Assembly (NCBI GenBank): GCA_903885965.1
Contig: CAISKQ010000057.1
Span: 1-59,101 of the forward strand
Length of the DNA: 59,101 bases
Reading direction: 5' to 3'
DNA from: an uncultured bacterium
Lineage (GTDB): Bacteria; Patescibacteriota; Minisyncoccia; Moranbacterales; GWC2-37-73
Part shown: piece by piece, positions 11,009 to 20,404 of the stretch
Numbering within the stretch: position 1 is the stretch's first letter
How the letters are laid out: each line of letters begins with the position of its first letter
Notes under the pieces: model-generated
Databases searched by the model: none
Seen by the model: only the letters and a program-made list of their open reading frames with translations
Told to the model about the DNA's origin: nothing
Translations under genes and position numbers: made by a program

Positions 11009-11326
11009 ATGAAAATTTTCACCTTCACAGATTTTAATAAATCAAATGTCATTTCAATCGTGGAATCTTTCCGGAGAAAGATATATCGAGTTATATTTTT
11101 TTTATTGCTTTTGGCGTCAATTTTTTTCGGAGGATATATTTGGCATCAAAATTTATATTCTTCAACATGGACAGCCGATAGAGTGCAGGAGTTTGTAAAT
11201 ACTCAGGATAAGGGAATTGTTTTTAATGAAAATAATTATAAAAAAGCACTTGATATTATAGGCCGTCGTAATCAGGAAAACGCTAAGTCGCCAAGTGCTG
11301 GAAGTGACTTCTTTGTCGGCTACTAG
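11009..11326 (+). CDS. Small single-TM hypothetical protein, last gene of pilus operon
   Basis: 105-aa ORF 7 nt after pilO, one TM. Confidence 0.7.
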   Translation: MKIFTFTDFNKSNVISIVESFRRKIYRVIFFLLLLASIFFGGYIWHQNLYSSTWTADRVQEFVNTQDKGIVFNENNYKKALDIIGRRNQENAKSPSAGSDFFVGY

Positions 11327-11400
11327 TTTTTTGATATGAAAATAGGCAATTTTTGGTTGCTTAATGAACTATCCACGTTAGCTTGCTGTGGGGGGGTAAT

Positions 11401-12165
11401 TCATTTTTGTTGGTTGGTTGTTTTCCAGACAAGCTTGAAAATTTGTTGCATTACGTCAGCGATATCTGGGTTTTCAATCAAAATTCCTTGCAAGTAGCGA
11501 TGTGAAATTATCTGCGTAAAATTGTCATAGACTTCAAGGGAAATATTGCTGGAATAATCTTTTTCAATAAGTGTCCTTAAATCCATTTTTAATTTCTTTT
11601 TTGTTTCTGCTGCTAAATAGTTTTTAATTGATGGGTGGAGAGTTGTGATTGCTGTCCTTTTTATGTTATTTTTTGCGTAGTCATCGTTTAATTGTAACCA
11701 GTATTCCTGTAGAAAATTGGGAGTGTGTTTTTGATGAGCATAAAAAGCAATAAAAGATCTTTCAGGAAGAGGTTTCTTTTGCATTTTGGCGATAAGCTGG
11801 TCATACATTTTTTTAATTCCTTCAAATCCCTCAAAATACGCAACGCTAACTTTTTCATCAGCTTTCTTTTGAATTGCCAGTAGCTCTGGCAGCATTTCTT
11901 TGGTGGCAGATAACTTTTCTTGAGCAATGGCAATACATTCACGTGGTGATTTGGCAATGAAATAATGTTTGTCTGCCTGGGGAATCTTAAGGGCAAATCC
12001 TTTAGAAACTAAGTTATCCAGAACAACATAAGCGGTGGCATTTTTCAGCTTGCTTCTGATTCCAATGGTGTAGGCCGTTGCTCTTTCCAAACCTAAAAGT
12101 GCCAAATAGACACTGGCTTCCTTTTCATTTAGGCCTAAATTCAAGAGTGATTCTGTTAATTCCAT
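11401..12165 (-). CDS. TrmB-family transcriptional regulator
   Basis: LGLNEKEASVYLALL wHTH, YFEGFEGIKKMY, C-terminal GILIENPDIA. Confidence 0.9.
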   Translation of the reverse strand: MELTESLLNLGLNEKEASVYLALLGLERATAYTIGIRSKLKNATAYVVLDNLVSKGFALKIPQADKHYFIAKSPRECIAIAQEKLSATKEMLPELLAIQKKADEKVSVAYFEGFEGIKKMYDQLIAKMQKKPLPERSFIAFYAHQKHTPNFLQEYWLQLNDDYAKNNIKRTAITTLHPSIKNYLAAETKKKLKMDLRTLIEKDYSSNISLEVYDNFTQIISHRYLQGILIENPDIADVMQQIFKLVWKTTNQQK

Positions 12166-12351
12166 AAATCAAGCCTAGCAAGTTTTCATTAATTAGTCAA
12201 TAAATATGATGACTATGAGATATTAACTTAAAAATAGGCTTAAAAAAGCTATAAAAGATAAAATATTAAATCACTAAAGTTGATTATATTTGTATTTCAG
12301 CTTAATAATTAAGCTATTAGTTGATTTAACAATTTACTGTCGGAGGGTATC

Positions 12352-13479
12352 ATGGAAAACTTTGCAATGAATTTGTGGCTCGAATATATTATTGGGAAAT
12401 CTGAAAAAGATGATATTGGAGAAATGTATGCCCAATTAGCAAGGGAATTGCCAAAAGTAATGTCTGTGGTGGCAACGCGGCATTGCAATTTGCAGTGCAA
12501 GCATTGCATTTTTCAAAAAGAGCGGCAATATTTTTTCAATGGAGCTGCTCTAGAAATCGCAGTAAAAACTATTGTTAGCCAAATGTTGCCTAATCCAATT
12601 GTTGTGCATGAGGGTCGAATTTTTGAGCCGAAACATTTAAGTTGGCTTCAGGCAATTCGTCAAATCAGACCAGATAACAAAATTGGAATGATTGATAATG
12701 GCTCATACGCTACGCATATTAGCAAAATTAAATTAGCCGGCTTTAAATTTGATTGGCTGGACATTTCAGTAGATGGCCCAAAAAGAATTCATAATTTTCA
12801 AAGAGGTTCCAAAGATTCTTTTGAAGTAGCGATTAATGGCATCAGAAATGCGCAGAAAGTTTTGACAGCAGACGGTGAAGTAAATTCCTTGATGACGCTG
12901 ACGAAAATAAATTATGCTTCAGTGCTGGAAACTTGTAAAACACTTCCTAAGCAAGTAAGCCAATGGCATATCGCAACTATCACACCAACTAGGGCTGAGT
13001 TAAAGAAATTAACTTTAAGCGAAAATGAATTTAAAATTAGTTGGAATCAAATCAAGTTGGCAAATGTTTTGAGAGTTGTTGTCTTGAAGATTTATGAAGT
13101 CAGTGACATGTTGAAATTGGCTAAAGCTGTTGGTGGCGTAAAATTTTTTGAAGCATTTGAAAAAGCTCAGATGGGATTTTCATCTGTAAATTTTGTGCTT
13201 GAGGGAGTTTTGGTACGTTATTTTCCACAGTCGATGGCACCAAAAGAAACTTTCGTGCTTGATGGTGGAGTTTATCGCGTGCCGTATTATGGAATTTCTC
13301 ATACCCTAGCGGAATTAAATAGGGAAGAGTTAGAGAAATATACAATTGGGAAAGTAACTGCAGAAAGTAATTTCCGCTTGTTATATGAAGAGTGTGTGAT
13401 AGGGTGGCGAGAAAATTTTTCTCGGGAAGCTTTCAAGGAAGAAGCTTTTATTTTTCAACAAATCAAAAATTTACAATAA
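12352..13479 (+). CDS. Radical SAM enzyme without SPASM/Twitch domain
   Basis: CNLQCKHC (CxxxCxxC), IDNG, ISVDG..HNFQRG; SD GGAGGG upstream. Confidence 0.9.
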   Translation: MENFAMNLWLEYIIGKSEKDDIGEMYAQLARELPKVMSVVATRHCNLQCKHCIFQKERQYFFNGAALEIAVKTIVSQMLPNPIVVHEGRIFEPKHLSWLQAIRQIRPDNKIGMIDNGSYATHISKIKLAGFKFDWLDISVDGPKRIHNFQRGSKDSFEVAINGIRNAQKVLTADGEVNSLMTLTKINYASVLETCKTLPKQVSQWHIATITPTRAELKKLTLSENEFKISWNQIKLANVLRVVVLKIYEVSDMLKLAKAVGGVKFFEAFEKAQMGFSSVNFVLEGVLVRYFPQSMAPKETFVLDGGVYRVPYYGISHTLAELNREELEKYTIGKVTAESNFRLLYEECVIGWRENFSREAFKEEAFIFQQIKNLQ

Positions 13480-13493
13480 AGGGGGTGATTAAA

Positions 13494-13565
13494 ATGTCAG
13501 GAGCTAACACTGGATCGAAAGGCTCAAGAAACGGTGGCGCAAACACCGGAAGCGTTGGAAGCTGA
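13494..13565 (+). CDS. 23-aa Gly/Ser-rich peptide MSGANTGSKGSRNGGANTGSVGS (candidate RiPP precursor)
   Basis: ATG 14 nt after the rSAM stop, SD GGGGGTGA at 13481-13488, GANTGS repeated with different codons, terminator immediately after. Confidence 0.75.
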   Translation: MSGANTGSKGSRNGGANTGSVGS

Positions 13566-13567
13566 GT

Positions 13568-13611
13568 AAATAGGGAATGCGTAAATAATTATGCGCGTTC
13601 CCTATTTTTTT
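13568..13611 (+). terminator. Intrinsic terminator of the rSAM-peptide operon
   Basis: AAATAGGGAATGCG...CGCGTTCCCTATTT stem plus T tract. Confidence 0.85.
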
Positions 13612-13653
13612 ATACAACAAAAAACCCAGATGAAAATCGGAGTTTTTTCTTTG

Positions 13654-13727
13654 TGCGCTCTGAGGGATTCGAACCCCCGACCTTCTGGTTCGAAGCCAGA
13701 CACTCTATCCAGCTGAGCTAAGAGCGC
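13654..13727 (-). tRNA. tRNA-Arg(UCG)
   Basis: Cloverleaf GCGCTCT/AGAGCGC, anticodon loop CTTCGAA, GGTTCGAATCC. Confidence 0.95.
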
Positions 13728-13807
13728 GTGTCGAAATTGTAATTTTTTGATTCTTTCGTATTGAATTCTTCGAAATTCAATTTTTAGATTTTCTTAAACT
13801 AAAACTG

Positions 13808-13880
13808 GGCGATCACAGGGAATCGAACCCTGGTTCTCGGTACCACAAACCGATGTCTTAACCGTTAGACGATGATCGCC
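13808..13880 (-). tRNA. tRNA-His(GUG)
   Basis: G-1/C73, anticodon loop TTGTGGT, GGTTCGATTCC. Confidence 0.95.
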
Positions 13881-13898
13881 ATACATAATAAAATCCTG

Positions 13899-13970
13899 TA
13901 CCCCCACCAGGAATCGAACCTAGATCTTCAGCTTAGAAGGCTATTGCTCTATCCGTTGAGCTATGGGGGC
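13899..13970 (-). tRNA. tRNA-Arg(UCU)
   Basis: GCCCCCA/TGGGGGT acceptor, anticodon loop CTTCTAA. Confidence 0.93.
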
Positions 13971-13996
13971 AAATTTCTCTTCTGGTGAGAGAATTG

Positions 13997-14069
13997 TGGG
14001 TTATGCAGGATTCGAACCTGCGACCATTGGCTTAAGAGGCCACTGCTCTACCAACTGAGCTAATAACCC
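13997..14069 (-). tRNA. tRNA-Lys(CUU)
   Basis: GGGTTAT/ATAACCC acceptor, anticodon loop CTCTTAA. Confidence 0.95.
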
Positions 14070-14170
14070 AGAAATTTTAATAACTAGCCAAGTGTAACAC
14101 TTTATTTTCCTCTAGTCAATTGTCAGTCTTGCTGGCAAAATATGGCTAAGTATGTGGCAGTAAAGGTGAC

Positions 14171-15484
14171 CTAGGTTGCTTTAGCCATATCTTTAAGCAT
14201 TTTTTTGTAGTTTTTCCATTCCTCATCTGACCAATTCGATGGTTTGGCACTTAAAACAGGTCCACCTGGATGAGGATATCGGTATGGAGAATTATAAGAA
14301 CTATTAAACACGTCATTTATGATTTCTTTGCCATCTTTGTCAAAAACATGCTGAGTAAAGGATGCCTTTAATGCACCGTCAGGTTGTCGCTCAGTAATGG
14401 TTGGCCCGTCAACAGTTGTTTTTCTTCCATCATCACTGCCATAAAAACTGAAAGTTAAAGTAGTCCCGACTATTTTTGTCTGAATGAGGATATATCCGGG
14501 CGTATTATTTTTAAAGCGAAGGTCTGGTCGCGGAACATAAACTGTTGAGTCCATTCCCTGGGGATTGTAATAAGACACCGGATAGGCATGGTTTTTGCGG
14601 GCAGTAATCTTTAGTCCTGAATAAATGGCCGCACGAAAAGCTGTTGTTGAAACCTGGCAAATTCCTCCGCCAAATTCTGGTTCGGTCACATTATTCTTAA
14701 TGACCAACTCTGGAAGATAGCCATGGTCACCATCAACTTCACCAAGAATATCTACAAATGAGAATTCCTCTCCTGGTTTAATGAGAAGTCCATTGTATCT
14801 TTCAGTTGCTACTTTGATGTTATGCACTCTGTTTACAGGGGAGCCTTTAAAGTTTGAAGTGCCTTCTCCGATAAGCGCAGATACGCCAAGGTCATTTACC
14901 TCGGCATAGTTTATTTCCGGTTTTTTTGAAGCGTAGTCTAATGAAATTTGTTGTGGAATTGTGACTAAATTTAAAGCGTCAATAATTTTTTGCGTACTTT
15001 TCTCAACGTCAAGAGTTATTCCGTCTTGTGCTTCAGCAAAAGTTGATACTTTTCCATCCGTTACTGTGAATTTTGCATCTGTTGGATCATGGTTTATTTT
15101 TCTTGCTAAATCTTCCAAATATGACTTTATTGAATTTTTATCCACGAAAGTTTCTGACTTGAGTTGCAGGTGATTGCGCCACCCAGTACTCATGGTTAAG
15201 TCGCAGAATATATTACTAACAGGACAATAAGAGGTGTTCTCAACTTCAGTTTTATAATTCGGAGATAATCCCAAATTTGATTTTTGTCTTAGCCATTTAG
15301 CAATGGTATCCCCGGAGATATCTTCCGAATATTTATCAATAGAAACCGTCAACGCTTTTGATTGCGCCACGGTGTTAGCAACTTTTGGCGGCTGAGTTTC
15401 AGCTGCCAATGCTGCGGTTTGCGTGCTAAGAAAAAACACAACAAACAAACAAAAATATTGCCTAGTATTCATGTCCTTAAGCAT
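14171..15484 (-). CDS. VanW-family exported protein with PG-binding-4-like region
   Basis: Signal peptide; NRVHNI, GGGICQVSTT, DLRFKN VanW motifs. Confidence 0.9.
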   Translation of the reverse strand: MLKDMNTRQYFCLFVVFFLSTQTAALAAETQPPKVANTVAQSKALTVSIDKYSEDISGDTIAKWLRQKSNLGLSPNYKTEVENTSYCPVSNIFCDLTMSTGWRNHLQLKSETFVDKNSIKSYLEDLARKINHDPTDAKFTVTDGKVSTFAEAQDGITLDVEKSTQKIIDALNLVTIPQQISLDYASKKPEINYAEVNDLGVSALIGEGTSNFKGSPVNRVHNIKVATERYNGLLIKPGEEFSFVDILGEVDGDHGYLPELVIKNNVTEPEFGGGICQVSTTAFRAAIYSGLKITARKNHAYPVSYYNPQGMDSTVYVPRPDLRFKNNTPGYILIQTKIVGTTLTFSFYGSDDGRKTTVDGPTITERQPDGALKASFTQHVFDKDGKEIINDVFNSSYNSPYRYPHPGGPVLSAKPSNWSDEEWKNYKKMLKDMAKAT

Positions 15485-15609
15485 ACCGCAATTGCTGGAA
15501 TATTACAAGAATTAAAGACTTAATGATGGGCCTCTCGATGGGTCCTCGTGGTTTAAGCAAAAAAAAGAAAGCCTTGCGACTTTCTTTTTGAAAAAATTTT
15601 TTGGAACAA

Positions 15610-16146
15610 TTAGAATCCTCGGACTTGGATTTTTTTGATTTTGGTAACATCAGCCTTCGGCAAACGAATTGTCAAAATTCCGTTTTTCAGTGAAGCCTCA
15701 GCTTTGTCGGAGATGATATCAACAGGAAGCACAACGCTGCGAGAGAAAACTCCCCAATAGCATTCTTGATAGTAATAGTTTTCACCACTAACTACTTCTT
15801 CATTTTTTCGCTCACCTTTGATGGTGACCATGTCGTTATTGATTGAAACATCTAAGTCTTCTGGTTTTACCCCTGCGATTGTGGACTTAATGACAACTTC
15901 ACTTTCGGTTTGGTAAACATCAATAGTTAGTTGCCCTTCCGCGTCATTTGAAGAGGTTGTTTCCTCCTCGAAAACATTGAAGTTTCTGTGCCCACCACCC
16001 AGGCTTGAAGAATCTCTATTATTCATAACCATTTCTGTTTCCTCTTCTTCTGCATAAATAGGCATTGAAGATTCACGCATATTATTCGAATCAACGGACG
16101 AGGCGCCAGTTACTCTTTCGAAAAATGATTTTTTTGTTTTTAGCAT
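15610..16146 (-). CDS. Small heat shock protein Hsp20
   Basis: IDVYQT, AGVKPEDLDV, FSRSVVLP, ASLKNGILTIRLPK, IQV tail. Confidence 0.95.
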   Translation of the reverse strand: MLKTKKSFFERVTGASSVDSNNMRESSMPIYAEEEETEMVMNNRDSSSLGGGHRNFNVFEEETTSSNDAEGQLTIDVYQTESEVVIKSTIAGVKPEDLDVSINNDMVTIKGERKNEEVVSGENYYYQECYWGVFSRSVVLPVDIISDKAEASLKNGILTIRLPKADVTKIKKIQVRGF

Positions 16147-16289
16147 TTTAGTGAATGTGAATCGCTGATTTTTTAGTCAGGGATTGATTTTTAAAAATTA
16201 TGTAATTTGCTAGAATAATCCACTTTAAATCAAGTAGTTTAAAGCAATATTCAGCAGTATTTTTCTATGCTTTTATTATATGATGATTT

Positions 16290-16868
16290 TTAGTCTTGTG
16301 CAAGCTCTTGATTGAAACGAAGAAAAAGTTTTAAGTCGATGAAAAGCAAAATTATTAACAGTGCGATGGCAAAGTAACCGGAAAACTGATTTGCTCCAGC
16401 AATGGCCAGATTGTAGAGAACATGTAGGATTGTAGCAAGCAGTAAAGCCAGTAGTGAAAAGTTGGAACCTTTGGAACTTCTGGTTGCAATGAAAAAGCTC
16501 ATGAAGATGGTGGTGCCAAGGTGCAGGGCGGCAATTCCGGCGGTGGTTGGAAGTTGTAAGGTAGGTGAGCTTGCCAAAATGAGCGCAAACTCAACGGCAA
16601 AAAAACCAAGTCCAAACAAGAAAGCATTGAGCAGAAAATTTCTTTCTGAGGAATGTTCCAGAATTCTTTTACTGATGAGTAGATATTTGAAAAGTTCTTC
16701 GATAAAAGCGGTAGTGGCGATGAACACTGGAATAGCGAAAAACTGAGCATAGGATAAGTTGCTAGTAGGGTCAGCGAAGGTTGCAAACAAAATGAAAAAG
16801 ACGAATTGAACAACTCCGGCACCGAGGGCCGCGATGATTCCCCAGAAAAATGATTCAAATTGTTTCAT
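16290..16868 (-). CDS. PrsW-like intramembrane protease-family membrane protein
   Basis: Multi-TM; FIEELFK, GFFAVE, LH, LHVLYN motifs. Confidence 0.7.
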   Translation of the reverse strand: MKQFESFFWGIIAALGAGVVQFVFFILFATFADPTSNLSYAQFFAIPVFIATTAFIEELFKYLLISKRILEHSSERNFLLNAFLFGLGFFAVEFALILASSPTLQLPTTAGIAALHLGTTIFMSFFIATRSSKGSNFSLLALLLATILHVLYNLAIAGANQFSGYFAIALLIILLFIDLKLFLRFNQELAQD

Positions 16869-16973
16869 AAACCCTACGAATATACAAATTAGCTACAAAT
16901 CTACAAATTTAAATTTAAACACTCAGCAAGGATAACAATTAGAACACTGACAACATTTAGAACAATTAGAACC

Positions 16974-19607
16974 CTAAGAAAGTGATTCCAAGTGTTTTTT
17001 GAGTTCGGCAAGTTCGGCTTGTTTTTTGGCAAGGGTTTCTTTTTGCTGGTTGATGACTTGCGCCGGGGCTTTGGAAACAAATTCTTGGTTGGAAAGTCTG
17101 CCGGAAAGTCCTGCAATGAAATTTTCCAGATTGGCAATTTCTTTTTCAGCTTTGATTTTTTCTTTTTCAGTATCGATTGCGCCTTCTAGATTAACAAATA
17201 TGGTATAAGCACCAGCAGTTCTCTTAATGTAATTTCCTAACTCTAATTCTGGTTGATTGTATGAGATTAAGTCAGCCCCTGTCTTTAAGTGCTTAATAAT
17301 TTCTTCTTGAAATTCAGATTTAATCATGTTTGAAAAATCTTTATTGTCTGAATTTATAACGATACTTATTTTTTTATCAAGTTCAATTTTGTTCTCCGTA
17401 CGAACATTTCTAATTGTAGTAATTACAGCCTTAAAGTTTTCCACATATTGCCAACCATCCAGGAGGGTAGCATTATTGCTGAGTGAAGTTGGCCAGGTTG
17501 AAATCATTAGCAATTTTTCTTGCTGGGCTAATGTCCAAATATGTTCAGTGATAAATGGCATGAATGGATGCCAAAGTCGCAGGATTTTATCCAGGACGTA
17601 GCCAAGAACTTTTTGACTTTTTTCAATTTTATTAAATTCTACATACCAGTCGGCGAAATCATTCCAAGTGAATGTTTTCAAGACATCAGCAACAACGGAA
17701 ATCTGTTTTCCGTTAAACAAGCGTTCGGTGTCCTCTATTAATAAATGTAATTTATATAAAATCCACTTATCTGCTGGGGTTTTGATTTCTTCTTCTGAAA
17801 TCTTCTCAACTAATTCAAACCCTTCTTGCGTCAAGCAATATCGGGAAATGTTCCAAAGTTTGTTGGCAAAATTTCGAAAGGTCTCAATCTTTTCTTCGTA
17901 GAGGCGTGAGTTTTGTCCAGGAGCACTATCCATAATAAGGCTCATGCGGAGCGCATCGGCCCCAAATTTATCAATTACGGTCAGAGGATCAATTCCATTG
18001 CCTCGAGATTTGGAAAATTTGTGGCCTTCTTTATCGAGCACTAAGCCAGTGAAAAATAAATTATTGAAAGGCACTTTTCCTGTAGCATAAAGACTCATCA
18101 TAATCATGCGCGATGACCAAAAGAAAAGCAGGTCGCGCCCCATCACCATCATGTCTGAAGGGTAAAAATCTTCAAAATCATTCCCGTGTGATTTTAGGGT
18201 TGTATGTGCCCACTGTCCGGAAGTAAACCAAGTATCAAAAGTGTTCTCATCTTGGGTTAAATTTTTTCCGCCGCAATGTGGGCAGCTGGTTGGTTTTTCA
18301 AGTGAAACGATATATTTTTCTTGTCCGCATTTGTCGCAATACCAAACAGGGAATTGTGGTCCCCACCAAATTTGACGGCTGATGCACCAGTCGCGCATGT
18401 TGCCAAACCAATCAATGAGAATTTTTTTGAGGTTGCTTGGAAAAATTTCAATTAGATTTTCTTCGATAGCTTTCTTCGCCTGTTCCTTGAGCGAATAGTT
18501 TTCTGCGTCAACATTGATAAACCATTGTTTAGAAGTCAGTGGTTCAATGGTTGTTTTGCAGCGTTCGCAAATAGAAACAGCGTGTGAAAATTCTTCAATC
18601 TTTTCCAATAGTCCAAGTTTTTCTAAGTCGCTGACAATTTCTTGGCGAGCTTCGTGAGTTGTCATGCCTGCATATTTTCCGCCGAATTCTGTGATTAGCG
18701 CTTTTTCGTCGATGATTTGGATTTCTTCAAGCTTGTGGTCCTTGCCGATTTGCCAGTCGAGAGGGTCATGCGCTGGGGTTATTTTTACGGCACCAGTTCC
18801 GAAAGCCAAATCAATCCGTTGGTCGGCAATAATCGGAATTGGCCTATTTTGCAATGGCAAGATGGCATTTTCTCCGACCAGCTTTGCGAAGCGTACATCT
18901 TTTGGATTGACGGCAATGGCTGTGTCGCCAAGCATTGTTTCAGGACGAGTGGTGGCAACTGTAATAAAATTTGCTTGCAAATTTTCCAGTGGGTATTTGA
19001 TGAAATATAATTTTCCAGGAGAGTCTTTGTGCAAAACTTCCACGTCAGAAAGGGCAGTAGCGCAGCGCGGACACCAATTGATGATGCGTTTGCCTTTGTA
19101 GATTAAGCCATCCTCATGCATTTTCACGAAGGTTTCTAAGGCGCTTTTTAAAACGTCTGGATCGAGCGTGAATTTTTCGCGTGACCAATCGGCGCTGATG
19201 CCAATCTTTTTTTCCTGACTGCGCATATAGTCAGCGCGGTCCAAACAGAACTCGTAAGTTTTTTTGTAAAACTCTTGGCGGCCAATTTCTTGGCGAGTTT
19301 TTCCAGTTTTAGTTTTCAATTTTTTTTCAAAAACTACTTGAGTTTGAATACCGGCGTGGTCCTTGCCAGGCAAAAGCAGGGTTTTTTCACCCTTCATGCG
19401 GTGGTAGCGACCGAAAATATCCATGACGGTGTAGCCACTAGCGTGTCCGATGTGCAATTCGCCATTGGCATTGGGTGGGGGCAAGATGTTGCAATATTTT
19501 TCTTCAGAATTGATGTTGTCAGGATTAAAGAAACCGCCTTGTTCCCAGCGGGCATAAATTTCATTTTCAACTTCTTGGGGTTGGTAAATTTTAGGGAGTT
19601 CTTTCAT
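16974..19607 (-). CDS. valS: Valine--tRNA ligase
   Basis: PPPNANGELHIGH, DWCISRQIWWG, KFSKS, C-terminal coiled coil FVSKAP. Confidence 0.97.
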   Translation of the reverse strand: MKELPKIYQPQEVENEIYARWEQGGFFNPDNINSEEKYCNILPPPNANGELHIGHASGYTVMDIFGRYHRMKGEKTLLLPGKDHAGIQTQVVFEKKLKTKTGKTRQEIGRQEFYKKTYEFCLDRADYMRSQEKKIGISADWSREKFTLDPDVLKSALETFVKMHEDGLIYKGKRIINWCPRCATALSDVEVLHKDSPGKLYFIKYPLENLQANFITVATTRPETMLGDTAIAVNPKDVRFAKLVGENAILPLQNRPIPIIADQRIDLAFGTGAVKITPAHDPLDWQIGKDHKLEEIQIIDEKALITEFGGKYAGMTTHEARQEIVSDLEKLGLLEKIEEFSHAVSICERCKTTIEPLTSKQWFINVDAENYSLKEQAKKAIEENLIEIFPSNLKKILIDWFGNMRDWCISRQIWWGPQFPVWYCDKCGQEKYIVSLEKPTSCPHCGGKNLTQDENTFDTWFTSGQWAHTTLKSHGNDFEDFYPSDMMVMGRDLLFFWSSRMIMMSLYATGKVPFNNLFFTGLVLDKEGHKFSKSRGNGIDPLTVIDKFGADALRMSLIMDSAPGQNSRLYEEKIETFRNFANKLWNISRYCLTQEGFELVEKISEEEIKTPADKWILYKLHLLIEDTERLFNGKQISVVADVLKTFTWNDFADWYVEFNKIEKSQKVLGYVLDKILRLWHPFMPFITEHIWTLAQQEKLLMISTWPTSLSNNATLLDGWQYVENFKAVITTIRNVRTENKIELDKKISIVINSDNKDFSNMIKSEFQEEIIKHLKTGADLISYNQPELELGNYIKRTAGAYTIFVNLEGAIDTEKEKIKAEKEIANLENFIAGLSGRLSNQEFVSKAPAQVINQQKETLAKKQAELAELKKHLESLS

Positions 19608-19768
19608 TTTTCAGTAATCAGTAACTAGTAATCAGTAACTAGTAAATAAAAACTAGTAACTATTAATTAGCAACTGGAAAATTGTAATTATATTCTTATC
19701 CTAGCAAAGAAAGGGGGAAATTTCAACCAAAAAATTTTCGCTAGCTGAGGGTAAATGATGCAATTGAC

Positions 19769-19885
19769 GCAATATGCTAATTCCCGCATATGCGGGAATT
19801 AGCATATTGCTTTTTTATCCCCATTTTAATTGGTTTTTATTATTCAGTGTATCAAAAAAATGCATATGCATTTTTTTGATACGCT
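19769..19885. repeat. Double-palindrome unit, copy 1 (42-bp + 34-bp perfect palindromes)
   Basis: 19769-19810 and 19849-19882 are perfect palindromes centred on CATATG; related unit at 25833-25962. Confidence 0.9.
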
Positions 19886-19911
19886 TTTGTTTTTTGTTTT
19901 TTCTTTAAAAG

Positions 19912-19965
19912 ACGTGTCAAATCATCTAACTATGACACCGAAACTGCATTTTCTGGAACCTTTGA
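19912..19965 (-). repeat. 54-bp exact copy of the IS end at 22731-22784
   Basis: ACGTGTCAAATCATCTAACTATGACACCGAAACTGCATTTTCTGGAACCTTTGA at both sites. Confidence 0.92.
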
Positions 19966-20290
19966 CACTTTTTTGGCTTTGTGTTAAGCTAAAAACATAT
20001 TCAAGAACTAGGATTGAAATTCCTTTCTTTTTTGCATTTTTTGGGGGTGGAAAAAGTGCATAATCTTTTTTATTTTAAAGCTAAAAAAGCCTTAAAATAA
20101 GCCTAATTCTCAAGTAAAGAGTGAGAATGACAATCGAAACTAATTAAATTAAATAGCCTTAATCTTAAACTCATTTTGGCTCTTTGTTTTTTGATATAAA
20201 CTCAAAAACAAGGAGAAACTGATGAGCGTTGTTTTTATGGTCAATGAAAAGAAAGCCCTCAAGGTGAAGGAGTCCTATGGTGCATTCTTC
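19962..20290 (+). repeat. Diverged copy of the rpoB promoter, 5' leader and first ~21 codons
   Basis: Colinear with 47842-~48170, e.g. shared AAATTAAATAGCCTTAAT and CTGATGAGCGTTGTTTTTATGGTCAATGAAAAGAAAGCCCT. Confidence 0.9.
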
Positions 20291-20404
20291 GCAGGAGCAG
20301 GTTTGTAACCTGCCCCTTATGTTTACTGGTAATATTTTTCAGCTCGCGAACTTTAAGGTTCAAGTTGCAAACTTGAACCTGCAGGAGGTCAAACTGCAAA
20401 ACTC

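Noticed and set aside
13563-13565. TGA read as Gly (code 25), which would extend the peptide
   Set aside because: All long genes translate intact under code 11 and several end in TGA; a terminator follows immediately.
18005-18025. ValRS KFSKS instead of KMSKS
   Set aside because: A tolerated variant in class I synthetases; catalytic Lys retained.
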